Part shown: positions 56,386 through 64,000 of the stretch, piece by piece
Position numbering within the stretch: position 1 is the stretch's first letter
Layout: every line of letters starts with the position of its first letter
Source of the DNA: an uncultured Candidatus Saccharibacteria bacterium
Lineage (GTDB): Bacteria > Patescibacteriota > Doudnabacteria > UBA920 > O2-02-FULL-48-8
DNA: 64,000 bases
Direction of reading: 5' to 3'
NCBI GenBank assembly: GCA_964605735.1
Contig: CAZSDS010000001.1
Coordinates: forward strand, 340,813 to 404,812
The notes under the pieces: generated by a model
Told to the model about the DNA's origin: nothing
The model's database searches: none
Seen by the model: only the letters and a program-made list of their open reading frames with translations
Made by a program: the position numbers and the translations under genes

Positions 56386-57426
56386 TTAAGCTTCCAATTT
56401 CTCTTCCATTTCGTGGATGCTCTCGCTGTTCATGACATCGGTTATAAACACCTGCACGCCGCTGATTACAGGAACAGCAATGATCGCCCCAACCAATCCG
56501 CCTAACGAGCCCCCTATCAGGATTCCCAAAATAACCAGGATTGGGTTGAGGCCAACGCTCTTACTCATGATCATTGGCACAAGCAAATGGTTTTCCAATT
56601 GCTGGACAATTATGTAAAGAATCACGACGGCCAAGGCCAGTGGCGGATTCTGGATAAAGGCGAAGAAGGCAGCAGGAATTACCGAGATTATCGGACCTAT
56701 GTATGGAATGATTTCCAGCAATCCGGCAATCAGAGCCAAAACCAGAGCATACTCAACGCCCAGAATCAGCAGGCCAATATAAGTCAGCGTGAAAATCGAA
56801 ACAGATAAAATCAACTGCCCCAAAACCCAAGCACCCATTTTGCGCTGGATTTTTGTCACAAGCTTGTTGGCATAACCCTGGTTTTTATACGGCACCAGGT
56901 GTTTGATGAAATTTTTTGTGCCATTTTCTTCAGCGCTCAGATAGAACGAGACAACCAAAACCGTGATCACTGAGACAAAGCCTGTGATAATGCCGCGGGT
57001 GGTGTTGAAAATTCCTTGTGAAATTGATCCGGCGAATTCCTGAAAATTCTGGGTTACCGTCTCATCAATTCCAAATTGTGCCAGGTTTTCACGGAAACCG
57101 CCCACCCTGGACAAGAAGCTTTCATAAAAGTTGCTCTGTGAGAGCTGGGTAAACTGTTGGATAATCGGCGGGACAAGCAAGGCAATAACCATGGCAAAAA
57201 TGCCCAAGAATATGGTGTAAACAATCAAAACGCTCAAGCCACGCGGCACGCGTCTCTTCCCCAGGTAGTCTGCCAGAGGGTCGATGGCGGAAGAAATGAT
57301 CACCGAAATCAAAAACAACAGCAGAATATCGCGCACGGCAAACAAAAACCACAGCAAAAGAATAATAACCAGCACTTTCAGAATTGTGATGGATGAAATA
57401 TTTACCGTTGTATGATTGCTATTCAT
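56386..57426 (-). CDS. AI-2E family transporter (PerM/UPF0118)
   Basis: Polytopic membrane protein with the AI-2E family pattern. ATG at 57424-57426 chosen; the 45-codon upstream extension to 57561 is unsupported. Confidence 0.8.
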   Translation of the reverse strand: MNSNHTTVNISSITILKVLVIILLLWFLFAVRDILLLFLISVIISSAIDPLADYLGKRRVPRGLSVLIVYTIFLGIFAMVIALLVPPIIQQFTQLSQSNFYESFLSRVGGFRENLAQFGIDETVTQNFQEFAGSISQGIFNTTRGIITGFVSVITVLVVSFYLSAEENGTKNFIKHLVPYKNQGYANKLVTKIQRKMGAWVLGQLILSVSIFTLTYIGLLILGVEYALVLALIAGLLEIIPYIGPIISVIPAAFFAFIQNPPLALAVVILYIIVQQLENHLLVPMIMSKSVGLNPILVILGILIGGSLGGLVGAIIAVPVISGVQVFITDVMNSESIHEMEEKLEA

Positions 57427-57479
57427 GGATTGATTATACCTAAATTGCTTAAACGTTGGCAATTGGATTGCCGGAACAG

Positions 57480-58325
57480 TTACTTGCCCCTCAGTTTTTT
57501 CAGGATTTTGATGTTCATTGGGTCGTCGGCTGGGTTGTCTTTTGGCGTTTCCAGGATCCAATCCAGTTTGCCGAAAACTTTGTGCTTGGCCAAAATCTTA
57601 AAACCTTCCAAACCGATTTTCCCCTGGCCAATGTGTTCATGCCGGTCCAGGTGTTTTCCGCACTCAGCTTTTGAGTCATTGGCGTGGACCACAACCAGCT
57701 TTTCGAATCCAATCAGCTTATCAAACTGCTTGAGCGTGTCATCAATTGATTTCTTGTTTGTTAAGTCATACCCGGACGCAAACATGTGGCAGGTGTCGAG
57801 ACAAACTCCAATGTCATACTTTTTCAGCGTTTTGTGATCCAGAATTTCCGCCAGTTCCTCAAACGTATCGCCCACAATTCTCCCTGCGCCCGCGGAAATT
57901 TCCAAAAGCAGCTGTGTGCTTCCCTTATACCCATCCATGATTTTTTCGATAGCCAGGGAAACTCGCTCCAACCCTTCCTTCTCAGTCAACTCGCCAAAAC
58001 TTCCCAAGTGCGTCATGATGGCTTTGGCCCCTATCAGACTGCCGCGCTCCAACTCCTGCCTGACCACTGAGATTGAGCCGTAGTAAATGTTGGTTTTAGT
58101 TGAAGCAAAGTTGATGAAATATGGCGTGTGAATGTAGCAGGTATCAAAACCGTGTTTTTCCATCTCTCCCTTAAACTGCTTTTGAACTTCCTTGGTTATC
58201 TCCTTGACCGGGCCGCCGTGCGGCGAACGCGAAAAAATCTGAAAGACTTCTGCCCCGACTTTTGCCGCATTTGCCGGAGCGTTATACAAACCCCCGGCTA
58301 TTGAAACATGTGTGCCTATTCGCAT
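57480..58325 (-). CDS. nfo: endonuclease IV (AP endonuclease family 2)
   Basis: 281 aa TIM-barrel with the Zn-ligand H/E/D pattern of Nfo (MRIGTHVS...). Confidence 0.9.
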   Translation of the reverse strand: MRIGTHVSIAGGLYNAPANAAKVGAEVFQIFSRSPHGGPVKEITKEVQKQFKGEMEKHGFDTCYIHTPYFINFASTKTNIYYGSISVVRQELERGSLIGAKAIMTHLGSFGELTEKEGLERVSLAIEKIMDGYKGSTQLLLEISAGAGRIVGDTFEELAEILDHKTLKKYDIGVCLDTCHMFASGYDLTNKKSIDDTLKQFDKLIGFEKLVVVHANDSKAECGKHLDRHEHIGQGKIGLEGFKILAKHKVFGKLDWILETPKDNPADDPMNIKILKKLRGK

Positions 58326-58382
58326 ATAATCTAATTCTAGGGAGGAATTGGTGAATATACAAGCCCTAAGCCAGGAGGAGAG

Positions 58383-58559
58383 ATGCTGCGTCTTGTCCCC
58401 AAGATCAAAGGCAAGTTCGGGAAGGTCCGGAAATCCCTGAGCTTCGTCGAATCTACAGAGCGCCTACCGGACGGCACCGTGAAAACCGTGTACAAGAGCG
58501 GAACCGTTTACCTGGTAAAGCCTGTTGAGTACCAGCAGATGAAACTGCCGGGATTTTAG
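58383..58559 (+). CDS. candidate small protein (58 aa)
   Basis: AGGAGGAG SD directly upstream of the ATG; MLRLVPKIKGKFGKVRKSLSFVESTERLPDGTVKTVYKSGTVYLVKPVEYQQMKLPGF; terminator at 58598-58622. Below the 60-aa cutoff of the supplied ORF track. Confidence 0.5.
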   Translation: MLRLVPKIKGKFGKVRKSLSFVESTERLPDGTVKTVYKSGTVYLVKPVEYQQMKLPGF

Positions 58560-58587
58560 TGAACGAATATTGCACCTGCGCCGCGAG

Positions 58588-58624
58588 CAAAACAAAACCG
58601 AGACCTTGTCTCGGCTTTTTTATA
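58588..58624. terminator. bidirectional rho-independent terminator
   Basis: ccgagac-cttg-gtctcgg flanked by A-rich and T-rich runs; serves the 58383 ORF and the convergent peptidase gene. Confidence 0.7.
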
Positions 58625-59900
58625 ACTCCAGTTTTTTGGCAAAAACTGATTCATCCGCATACGGACCAATCACAGCCAAATCCATATTTTCATTTTTGAG
58701 AATATCGTGGGCAACCTTATTGATGTCATCCAGCGTAACCTTATCCAGCTCTTCAAAAGTTTGTTTGATTGTTCGAATTTTTCCAAGAAAAGCTTCTTGT
58801 CCCAGATACCACTCCATCTTATCCTGCGGATCTTCCATTGCCAAAGCAATTTTTCCTTTGATGTAGTCCTTGGCTTTTTTCAATTCAGCGCTGGAGATGC
58901 CATCTTTCCTGACTTTTCTTAATTCATCAAGAATGACTTCCAAAGCCTGTGGAGCGGAACTAACTTTTAATCCGGATTGAATTATGAAGCTCCCAGCGTC
59001 CAGGTAATTGTTGTAAGAAGTTGAGATGTAATAAGCCAAACCCAGGCGTTCACGGATTCGGATAAACATGCGCGAACTCATACCGCCGCCCAAAGTGGCT
59101 GAGAGCAGGCGCAAAGGAAAATTGTGTTTGCTTCGGTAAGGATAAGCGCCAAAACCAAGAATCATATGCCCCTGCTCCGTCAATTTGTTCTTTACGACAA
59201 GCCTGGGGTTTCTTTGTTTTTCAACGACAGGCGCATAGGAACCAAATTTTTTGTTTGGCAGTTTCCCCCAGTGTTCATTAACCAGCTTTTCCAGTTTATC
59301 GGCATCAAATTGCCCGGCAACCGCAATAATGGTGTTCCCTGGCTGGTAAAATTTTTCCCTGAATTTAAGCACATCCTCTCTGGTCACGGATCTAATGACT
59401 TCCGGTGTCCCTGCAATATCCCTGCCCAAAGCGCAACCCTCCCACAACAACTCCTCAAAAAGCGTTTCAACGTGAATCTGAGGAGTGTCCTTGTACATGT
59501 TTATTTCTTCTATAATCACACCCTTTTCCCGCTCAATTTCCTTTTCATCAAACAGCGGATTCTGCACCATATCAGTTAGCACGCCAAAAACCAGAGGTAA
59601 ATGTTCATGCGCCGCCCGGATGTAATATTGGGTGTGTTCCTTGCCTGTATTGGCATTGAATTCCCCTCCCACCGCATCAATCACCTCAGACAGTTTTTTT
59701 GCGGTTGGGTATTTGGCGCTGCCTTTAAAGTGCAGATGCTCCAAAAAGTGCGCCATGCCGTTCTGCTCCAACTTCTCATAACGAGATCCAGCCTTCACGA
59801 AAACCGACATCGTGACAGATGCCGCAGTTTCGATAGGAACGGTTAGTAATGTTAGCCCGTTTTGCAGGACTTTCTTAGTGTATAAGGGTTGTGCTGACAT
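58620..59900 (-). CDS. M16-family (insulinase/pitrilysin-like) zinc peptidase
   Basis: HFLEHLHF (HxxEH) inverted zinc motif plus downstream E; both M16 halves present. Confidence 0.85.
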   Translation of the reverse strand: MSAQPLYTKKVLQNGLTLLTVPIETAASVTMSVFVKAGSRYEKLEQNGMAHFLEHLHFKGSAKYPTAKKLSEVIDAVGGEFNANTGKEHTQYYIRAAHEHLPLVFGVLTDMVQNPLFDEKEIEREKGVIIEEINMYKDTPQIHVETLFEELLWEGCALGRDIAGTPEVIRSVTREDVLKFREKFYQPGNTIIAVAGQFDADKLEKLVNEHWGKLPNKKFGSYAPVVEKQRNPRLVVKNKLTEQGHMILGFGAYPYRSKHNFPLRLLSATLGGGMSSRMFIRIRERLGLAYYISTSYNNYLDAGSFIIQSGLKVSSAPQALEVILDELRKVRKDGISSAELKKAKDYIKGKIALAMEDPQDKMEWYLGQEAFLGKIRTIKQTFEELDKVTLDDINKVAHDILKNENMDLAVIGPYADESVFAKKLEL

Positions 59901-59926
59901 TTCGGTTTCTTATGATCTGGCTTAGA

Positions 59927-61258
59927 TTAACAATGAAGTTTTTCCGTAAAATATGCAAGCAATTCATCGACTTTCACGCGATCCTGTTGCATGGTGTCCC
60001 GGTCCCTTACTGTCACAGCGCCGTCATTGGCAGTCTCAAAATCCACGGTCACACAATAAGGCGTTCCGATTTCATCCTGTCTGCGGTAGCGTTTGCCTAT
60101 TGAACCGGTTTCATCATACTGGCACATCCATTTGCTTTGCAGGTTCTTCAAAATATCAAGCGCTGGTTTGGTCAATTCCTCTTTTTTAGACAACGGCAAA
60201 ACTGCAACTTTGATTGGCGCCAGCTCTTTAGGTAATCGCAAAGTCACTTCTTTTTCATGCACCGCGTCATCTTTGCCGGAACGGGCTTCTGTTTCCGTAT
60301 AAGCTGACAGCAAGACCGCTAAAACTGTTCGGTCCACGCCAAGCGACGGCTCAATTACATGCGGTATATATGTTTCGTTTGTGCTCTCATCTCTGTACTG
60401 CATTAACTCGCCAGATTTTTTTTCATGGGCACTCAGATCATAATCGGTTCTATAAGCCAAACCATAAAGTTCTTTTTGTCCAAAGGGATAATCAAATTCA
60501 ATATCAATCGTCCTCTTACTATAAAACGCCCGGTCCTCATCGGAAATTTCAACGTAGTGAACTTTTGATTCATCCAAACCAATAGTTTTAATCCATTTTT
60601 TCAATTCCTCTAACCAATGATCAAAATGCTTTTCCCAATCGTGCGGGTGGACAAAATACTCAATTTCCATCTGTTCAAATTCGCGGGTTCGGAAAATATA
60701 ATTTCCTGGGGTGATCTCATTTCGAAACGCCTTACCAATTTGTGCCACGCCAAAAGGGATTTTCTTTCTGGAAGTTTCTTGAATCTGTTTGAAATCAACA
60801 AATATTGCCTGGGCTGTTTCCGGCCTGAAATAGACTACGCTGGTTTCATCCTGAACCGGACCCAAATGAGTCTGCAACATTAAATTAAACTGTTTGCTTT
60901 CAGTAAATTCACTTCCTCCGCACTGGGTGCATTTTTCTGGTCTTTGGTCTGCCCGATATCGGCTATGGCATTTCTTACACTCAGTTAAAGGATCGGTGAA
61001 AGTAGCAATATGTCCGGACGCCTCCCAGACTTTAGGGTTCATCAAAATAGCGGCATCCAAGCCGACCATGTCCCTGCGCTCCTGCACAAACATCTTCCAC
61101 CAGAGCTTCTTGATGTTGTTCTTCAATTCCACGCCTAAAGGTCCGTAATCCCAGGAGTTGGCCAAGCCACCGTAAATTTCAGATCCGGGAAATATAAAAC
61201 CACGCCTTTTAGCGAGGTTAACAATTTTCTCCATCAAATCAGGTTGTTGTTTAGACAT
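59927..61258 (-). CDS. glyQS: glycyl-tRNA synthetase (dimeric class II type)
   Basis: Class II motifs and anticodon-binding domain. ATG at 61256-61258 (MSKQQPDLMEKIV) preferred; the alternative start at 61276 adds 6 residues. Confidence 0.9.
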   Translation of the reverse strand: MSKQQPDLMEKIVNLAKRRGFIFPGSEIYGGLANSWDYGPLGVELKNNIKKLWWKMFVQERRDMVGLDAAILMNPKVWEASGHIATFTDPLTECKKCHSRYRADQRPEKCTQCGGSEFTESKQFNLMLQTHLGPVQDETSVVYFRPETAQAIFVDFKQIQETSRKKIPFGVAQIGKAFRNEITPGNYIFRTREFEQMEIEYFVHPHDWEKHFDHWLEELKKWIKTIGLDESKVHYVEISDEDRAFYSKRTIDIEFDYPFGQKELYGLAYRTDYDLSAHEKKSGELMQYRDESTNETYIPHVIEPSLGVDRTVLAVLLSAYTETEARSGKDDAVHEKEVTLRLPKELAPIKVAVLPLSKKEELTKPALDILKNLQSKWMCQYDETGSIGKRYRRQDEIGTPYCVTVDFETANDGAVTVRDRDTMQQDRVKVDELLAYFTEKLHC

Positions 61259-61344
61259 ATTATTCCGTGATGACACTGGCTGTCAGGCATATAAACCTGA
61301 CTGGATGCGGCACCTCATTAATTGTCTTTAGATTGTAACACAGG

Positions 61345-62049
61345 TTACTGGTTTTTTGTACCTTTCTTTTTACGGAACTCAGAAATTTTATGAGGAAGGT
61401 TAACGAAGTACCAGATTACGTAGAGCGCAGTCAGTAATACCATAATCCCCAAAATCTGGGGAGCGACTTCAAAACTTTGCTCACCTAATGCCGCGGAAAA
61501 AACAATCAGCGGCAGAATGCCAAGCAAGTTGGCTATCGTAAATTTCCAGTAGCTAATGCTTGATGCTCCAGCCAAATAATTCCAAATGTCAAAGGAAGTG
61601 ATTGGGTTTATTTTCAAAATAAAAATCGCCCAGGTTCCGTTTTTTTCCATGTACTCCTCAAACTTGGCCATCTGCTTGGCGGAAATGAATTTGACCAGGA
61701 GCGGTTTGCCCCAGCGCTGGCCAATCCAAAAACTGATGCTTGATCCTATAAAGTTTGCGATCATAACGTAAAGAATGGTTTGGAAAAAACCGAAGATTGC
61801 GGCCCCAACCGGGTAAACAAACCAACCAGGGATAAAGGCAATCAAAACTTCCAGCACCACCAGCCAGACATAAGAGAACGCCGCCCATGGCCCGAGGTCA
61901 ACCAAATAATCCCTGAACTTGCTGGCGTCATTCGCAAACAAATTAAACACGACTTCGCCCTGGAAGAACGACCAAAACGCCCACACCAAAGCCGCTGTCA
62001 GCAACAGCGTGATTGACACATCCAATATGCGGCGTTGTTTCTCCGTCAT
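61345..62049 (-). CDS. TVP38/TMEM64 (DedA-like) family membrane protein
   Basis: Hydrophobic protein with the G-x-x-x-G/W re-entrant pattern of SNARE-associated/DedA proteins. ATG at 62047-62049 chosen over the 62091 start. Confidence 0.65.
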   Translation of the reverse strand: MTEKQRRILDVSITLLLTAALVWAFWSFFQGEVVFNLFANDASKFRDYLVDLGPWAAFSYVWLVVLEVLIAFIPGWFVYPVGAAIFGFFQTILYVMIANFIGSSISFWIGQRWGKPLLVKFISAKQMAKFEEYMEKNGTWAIFILKINPITSFDIWNYLAGASSISYWKFTIANLLGILPLIVFSAALGEQSFEVAPQILGIMVLLTALYVIWYFVNLPHKISEFRKKKGTKNQ

Positions 62050-62190
62050 TGAATTAAGTTTAACATAAATAAGGCGGCCTGTTTTGAGCATTGCTCTCGT
62101 TTTCTAATTTGCAAAAAAATACTTGTGATTATATATACGAAAGTGCCTCGTGTCAAGTTACAGCGGGGCTGGGGCTTACGGGAAATTGCC

Positions 62191-62225
62191 TAGAAAAAGA
62201 GCCCTACACTGTGATAGTATAGGGC
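62191..62225 (-). terminator. terminator downstream of the secreted-protein gene
   Basis: agcccta...tagggct stem followed by CTTTTTCT on the minus strand. Confidence 0.5.
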
Positions 62226-62244
62226 TAGAATTTGCGGGCACCGG

Positions 62245-62718
62245 CTATTCGTCAGCTCGGCGCCTGTTGTACACTGGCCTGAGATAGTTGGCCGGGTTGC
62301 TGGCTTCCTCCAGGGAATTTTGCTTTTCAGCGTAGCCGGTATCGCTGAAAACGAACTCAACCGGGTCACCTCGCTCAGAAAGGAGCATGCCCGCGAAGTC
62401 ACTATAGTGGCGGTGACCTCGCGTGACGCGGAGAGTCTGCGGTCCCTTGTTTGAATGAAGCCGGACAACTATGTTACCGGTCTCGTCATCCAGGGACACG
62501 CTTTCCATGCGCCAGGGCTCATTCTGCAAATACTTCATCAGCAGAATCTCCTGAGCCTCTTTCTGAGCCTTCGTTACCCGGACATGCGCCGGCGCCGGAT
62601 TCATCAGGCTTGCTGGCGCATTCCCTGCTGGCGCGTCCAGTGGCTTGTCGCTGACTGCGGAGATGGTGAAGAACAAACCTATCACGATAGCTGCTAACGT
62701 GTTCAATTTGCGGGACAT
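62245..62718 (-). CDS. hypothetical secreted protein
   Basis: AGGAGG 6 nt before ATG (62716-62718); MSRKLNTLAAIVIGLFFTISAVSD signal peptide; 157 aa; GC-rich. The upstream 64 codons in the ORF track are rejected. Confidence 0.6.
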   Translation of the reverse strand: MSRKLNTLAAIVIGLFFTISAVSDKPLDAPAGNAPASLMNPAPAHVRVTKAQKEAQEILLMKYLQNEPWRMESVSLDDETGNIVVRLHSNKGPQTLRVTRGHRHYSDFAGMLLSERGDPVEFVFSDTGYAEKQNSLEEASNPANYLRPVYNRRRADE

Positions 62719-62752
62719 GAGCGCCCTCCTGACTCCTGGCGATGCGGGAAAA

Positions 62753-63115
62753 CTATGCGTGAGCCGACCACCTGACGCTGCCTGGATCTGTATCATCCGT
62801 TTCGATCTCGAGCTTGTAGACGTTGAGCCATTCGCCACAGTCCAGCTTGCGCCGGATCGCAGGCTTGACGTTGACCAGCCGGAGCACGGGCTCAGACGAC
62901 AAACCTGCAAGCTTGAATGCGGTTCGGAGAATGGACCAGGTGCCTTCGGAAAGCACGTGATCGAGTTCCTCGCAGTCGAGGATTACCTTGCTCGCGCCGT
63001 CCCTCAGTTCCTGGATTTTCTCGTAAAGAGTGTTGTCGAGGTCAGAAGTTTCGAACACGCCGCTGAATTTCAACCGGCCTGCGGTTTCCGTTTTCTCTAT
63101 GTGCCAACTTTTCAT
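62753..63115 (-). CDS. STAS-domain protein (anti-sigma-factor antagonist-like), orphan
   Basis: AGGAGG 4 nt before ATG (63113-63115); VILDCEELDHVLSEGTWSIL...LVNVKPAIRRKL aligns with the SpoIIAA/STAS fold pattern. Confidence 0.65.
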   Translation of the reverse strand: MKSWHIEKTETAGRLKFSGVFETSDLDNTLYEKIQELRDGASKVILDCEELDHVLSEGTWSILRTAFKLAGLSSEPVLRLVNVKPAIRRKLDCGEWLNVYKLEIETDDTDPGSVRWSAHA

Positions 63116-63158
63116 AGGGCCTCCTATCAGTTGGATCAAAAAGTATAGCAGTTCCTGG

Positions 63159-64000
63159 CTATTCTGGCAAGATCTTCTGGTATCTGTAAGTGGAAGCCAT
63201 TTGCCCAAAGCTTCCGGCGTCAATTGCAGTTCGGATTCGTTCCATCAAATTCAAATAAAAACGCAGGTTATGCATGGTGGCCAGTCGCAGGGCCAGAGGT
63301 TCTTCTGTCATAAACAAGTGGCGCAAATAAGAGCGGGTAAAATTCAGGCAGCAATAGCAGTTGCAGGTATTATCTACCGGTGAAAAATCTTCCTTGAATT
63401 GCTCATTGTTTATGTTGATAGTTATGTAGCCGTCTCCCTGGCCAGGCTTGAGGTTCACATACAACCGTCCATGGCGGGCCTCGCGGGTTGGGATCACACA
63501 GTCAAAGCTGTCACAGCCGCGGGCAACTGCCTGGACAATTTGCTCTGGAGTGCCTACGCCCAGCAAGTGTTTGGCTTTGTCTTCTTCCAAATACGGTACG
63601 GAGTTTTCAATTGCTTTATACATTTCCTCTTCCGGCTCACCCACTGCCACGCCGCCGATCGCATAACCCACAAAACCTATTTCCCTGATCTGCCTGGCTG
63701 ATTTCTGGCGAAGCTCCGGGAAAGTTGAGCCTTGCACGATTCCCCACAACTCTTGGCCCGGGTTTACCGTGTGCCTGACCACCCTGTCATGTTCAGTTTT
63801 GGACCTAAGCGCCCATTTGGCAGTCCGTTCAATTGAGTCCATAACATCTTTTTCCGTTGCCGGATAGCCTGGGAAGTCATCCAGTACAACTGCAATGTCT
63901 GATCCCAGATTCAGCTGGATCTGCATGGAAATTTCAGGTGTAAGATTATGCATGCTCCCGTCCACATCTGAGCGGAAAGTCACACCCTGATCAGTGAGCT
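63159..64000 (-). CDS. tgt: queuine tRNA-ribosyltransferase (3' part; N-terminus beyond window end)
   Basis: C-terminal Zn site CNCYCC...H and TGT catalytic-barrel motifs; frame stays open to the window edge. Confidence 0.9.
   Translation of the reverse strand, partial: LTDQGVTFRSDVDGSMHNLTPEISMQIQLNLGSDIAVVLDDFPGYPATEKDVMDSIERTAKWALRSKTEHDRVVRHTVNPGQELWGIVQGSTFPELRQKSARQIREIGFVGYAIGGVAVGEPEEEMYKAIENSVPYLEEDKAKHLLGVGTPEQIVQAVARGCDSFDCVIPTREARHGRLYVNLKPGQGDGYITININNEQFKEDFSPVDNTCNCYCCLNFTRSYLRHLFMTEEPLALRLATMHNLRFYLNLMERIRTAIDAGSFGQMASTYRYQKILPE

Noticed and set aside
62190-62468. Track ORF 62190..62468 (-) overlapping the 3' end of the secreted-protein gene
   Set aside because: It is out of frame with the better-supported 62245..62718 gene and runs through the terminator hairpin at 62199-62225.
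1-64000. CRISPR arrays, rRNA genes, transposases/integrases, prophage genes
   Set aside because: No regularly spaced direct repeats, no rRNA-like conserved stretches, and no ORF with transposase/integrase/recombinase motifs were found anywhere in the window. The only mobility hint is the duplicated tRNA-Leu 3' end.

Overview
The window is 64 kb of a compact bacterial chromosome in which almost every housekeeping gene is on the minus strand. Gene content, short intergenic spacers, many small membrane proteins and the absence of rpmD (L30) between rpsE and rplO are consistent with a streamlined, Patescibacteria/CPR-like genome; this is an inference, not proven here.

Gene content from low to high coordinates:
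- 1-14.7 kb: a co-localised sugar-metabolism supercluster. It holds gpmI (partial), pgk, gap and fba, then a 2-hydroxyacid dehydrogenase and a PfkB sugar kinase, then a split transketolase (N- and C-terminal subunit genes), rpe, rpiB, tpiA and a GalT-type uridylyltransferase. Several hypothetical membrane or secreted proteins are interleaved, two of them clear paralogs.
- 15.3-18.9 kb: ruvX, htrA, map and two tandem adenylate-kinase family genes.
- 19-36.4 kb: secY, then the spc/S10 ribosomal-protein operons (rplO through rpsJ). Two non-ribosomal genes are inserted and translationally coupled inside this run: a lipoprotein between rplB and rpsS, and a glycerophosphodiester phosphodiesterase between rplC and rplD. 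These are followed by tuf, fusA, rpsG and rpsL.
- In the str-operon spacers (rpsG-fusA and fusA-tuf) there are two small plus-strand membrane-protein genes, each with its own Shine-Dalgarno (SD) ribosome-binding sequence and rho-independent terminator.
- 36.8-46.4 kb: a hypothetical plus-strand gene, an M50 metalloprotease, rpmB (L28, Zn-ribbon form) and a polytopic membrane protein fused to an FNR-type FAD/NAD(P) reductase domain. Directly abutting that, convergent, is a three-PAS GGDEF-EAL signalling protein. Then come mscL with a C-terminal CxxC...CxxC tail, a DUF4383-like membrane protein, a coiled-coil protein, a GC-rich non-coding island with a Cys-rich small ORF, an orphan parB, and tRNA-Leu(CAA) with a partial duplicate of its 3' end.
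- 46.4-64 kb: PAP2 phosphatase, glyA, an MFS transporter, tsaC (YrdC), a sugar-phosphate nucleotidyltransferase, leuS, tatD, metG, an AI-2E family transporter, nfo, an M16 peptidase, glyQS, a TVP38/DedA-like membrane protein, an orphan STAS-domain gene with a secreted partner, and the 3' part of tgt.

No CRISPR array, rRNA, transposase or integrase was seen. The ribosomal operon and sugar cluster are conventional. The most unusual parts are the genes nested in or antisense to the ribosomal and str operons, the Cys-rich small-ORF island flanked by direct repeats, the membrane-FNR/GGDEF-EAL pair, and several lineage-specific paralog families. Coordinates of starts were checked by hand against conserved N-termini. 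Family assignments rest on recognisable motifs in the translations, not on database searches.
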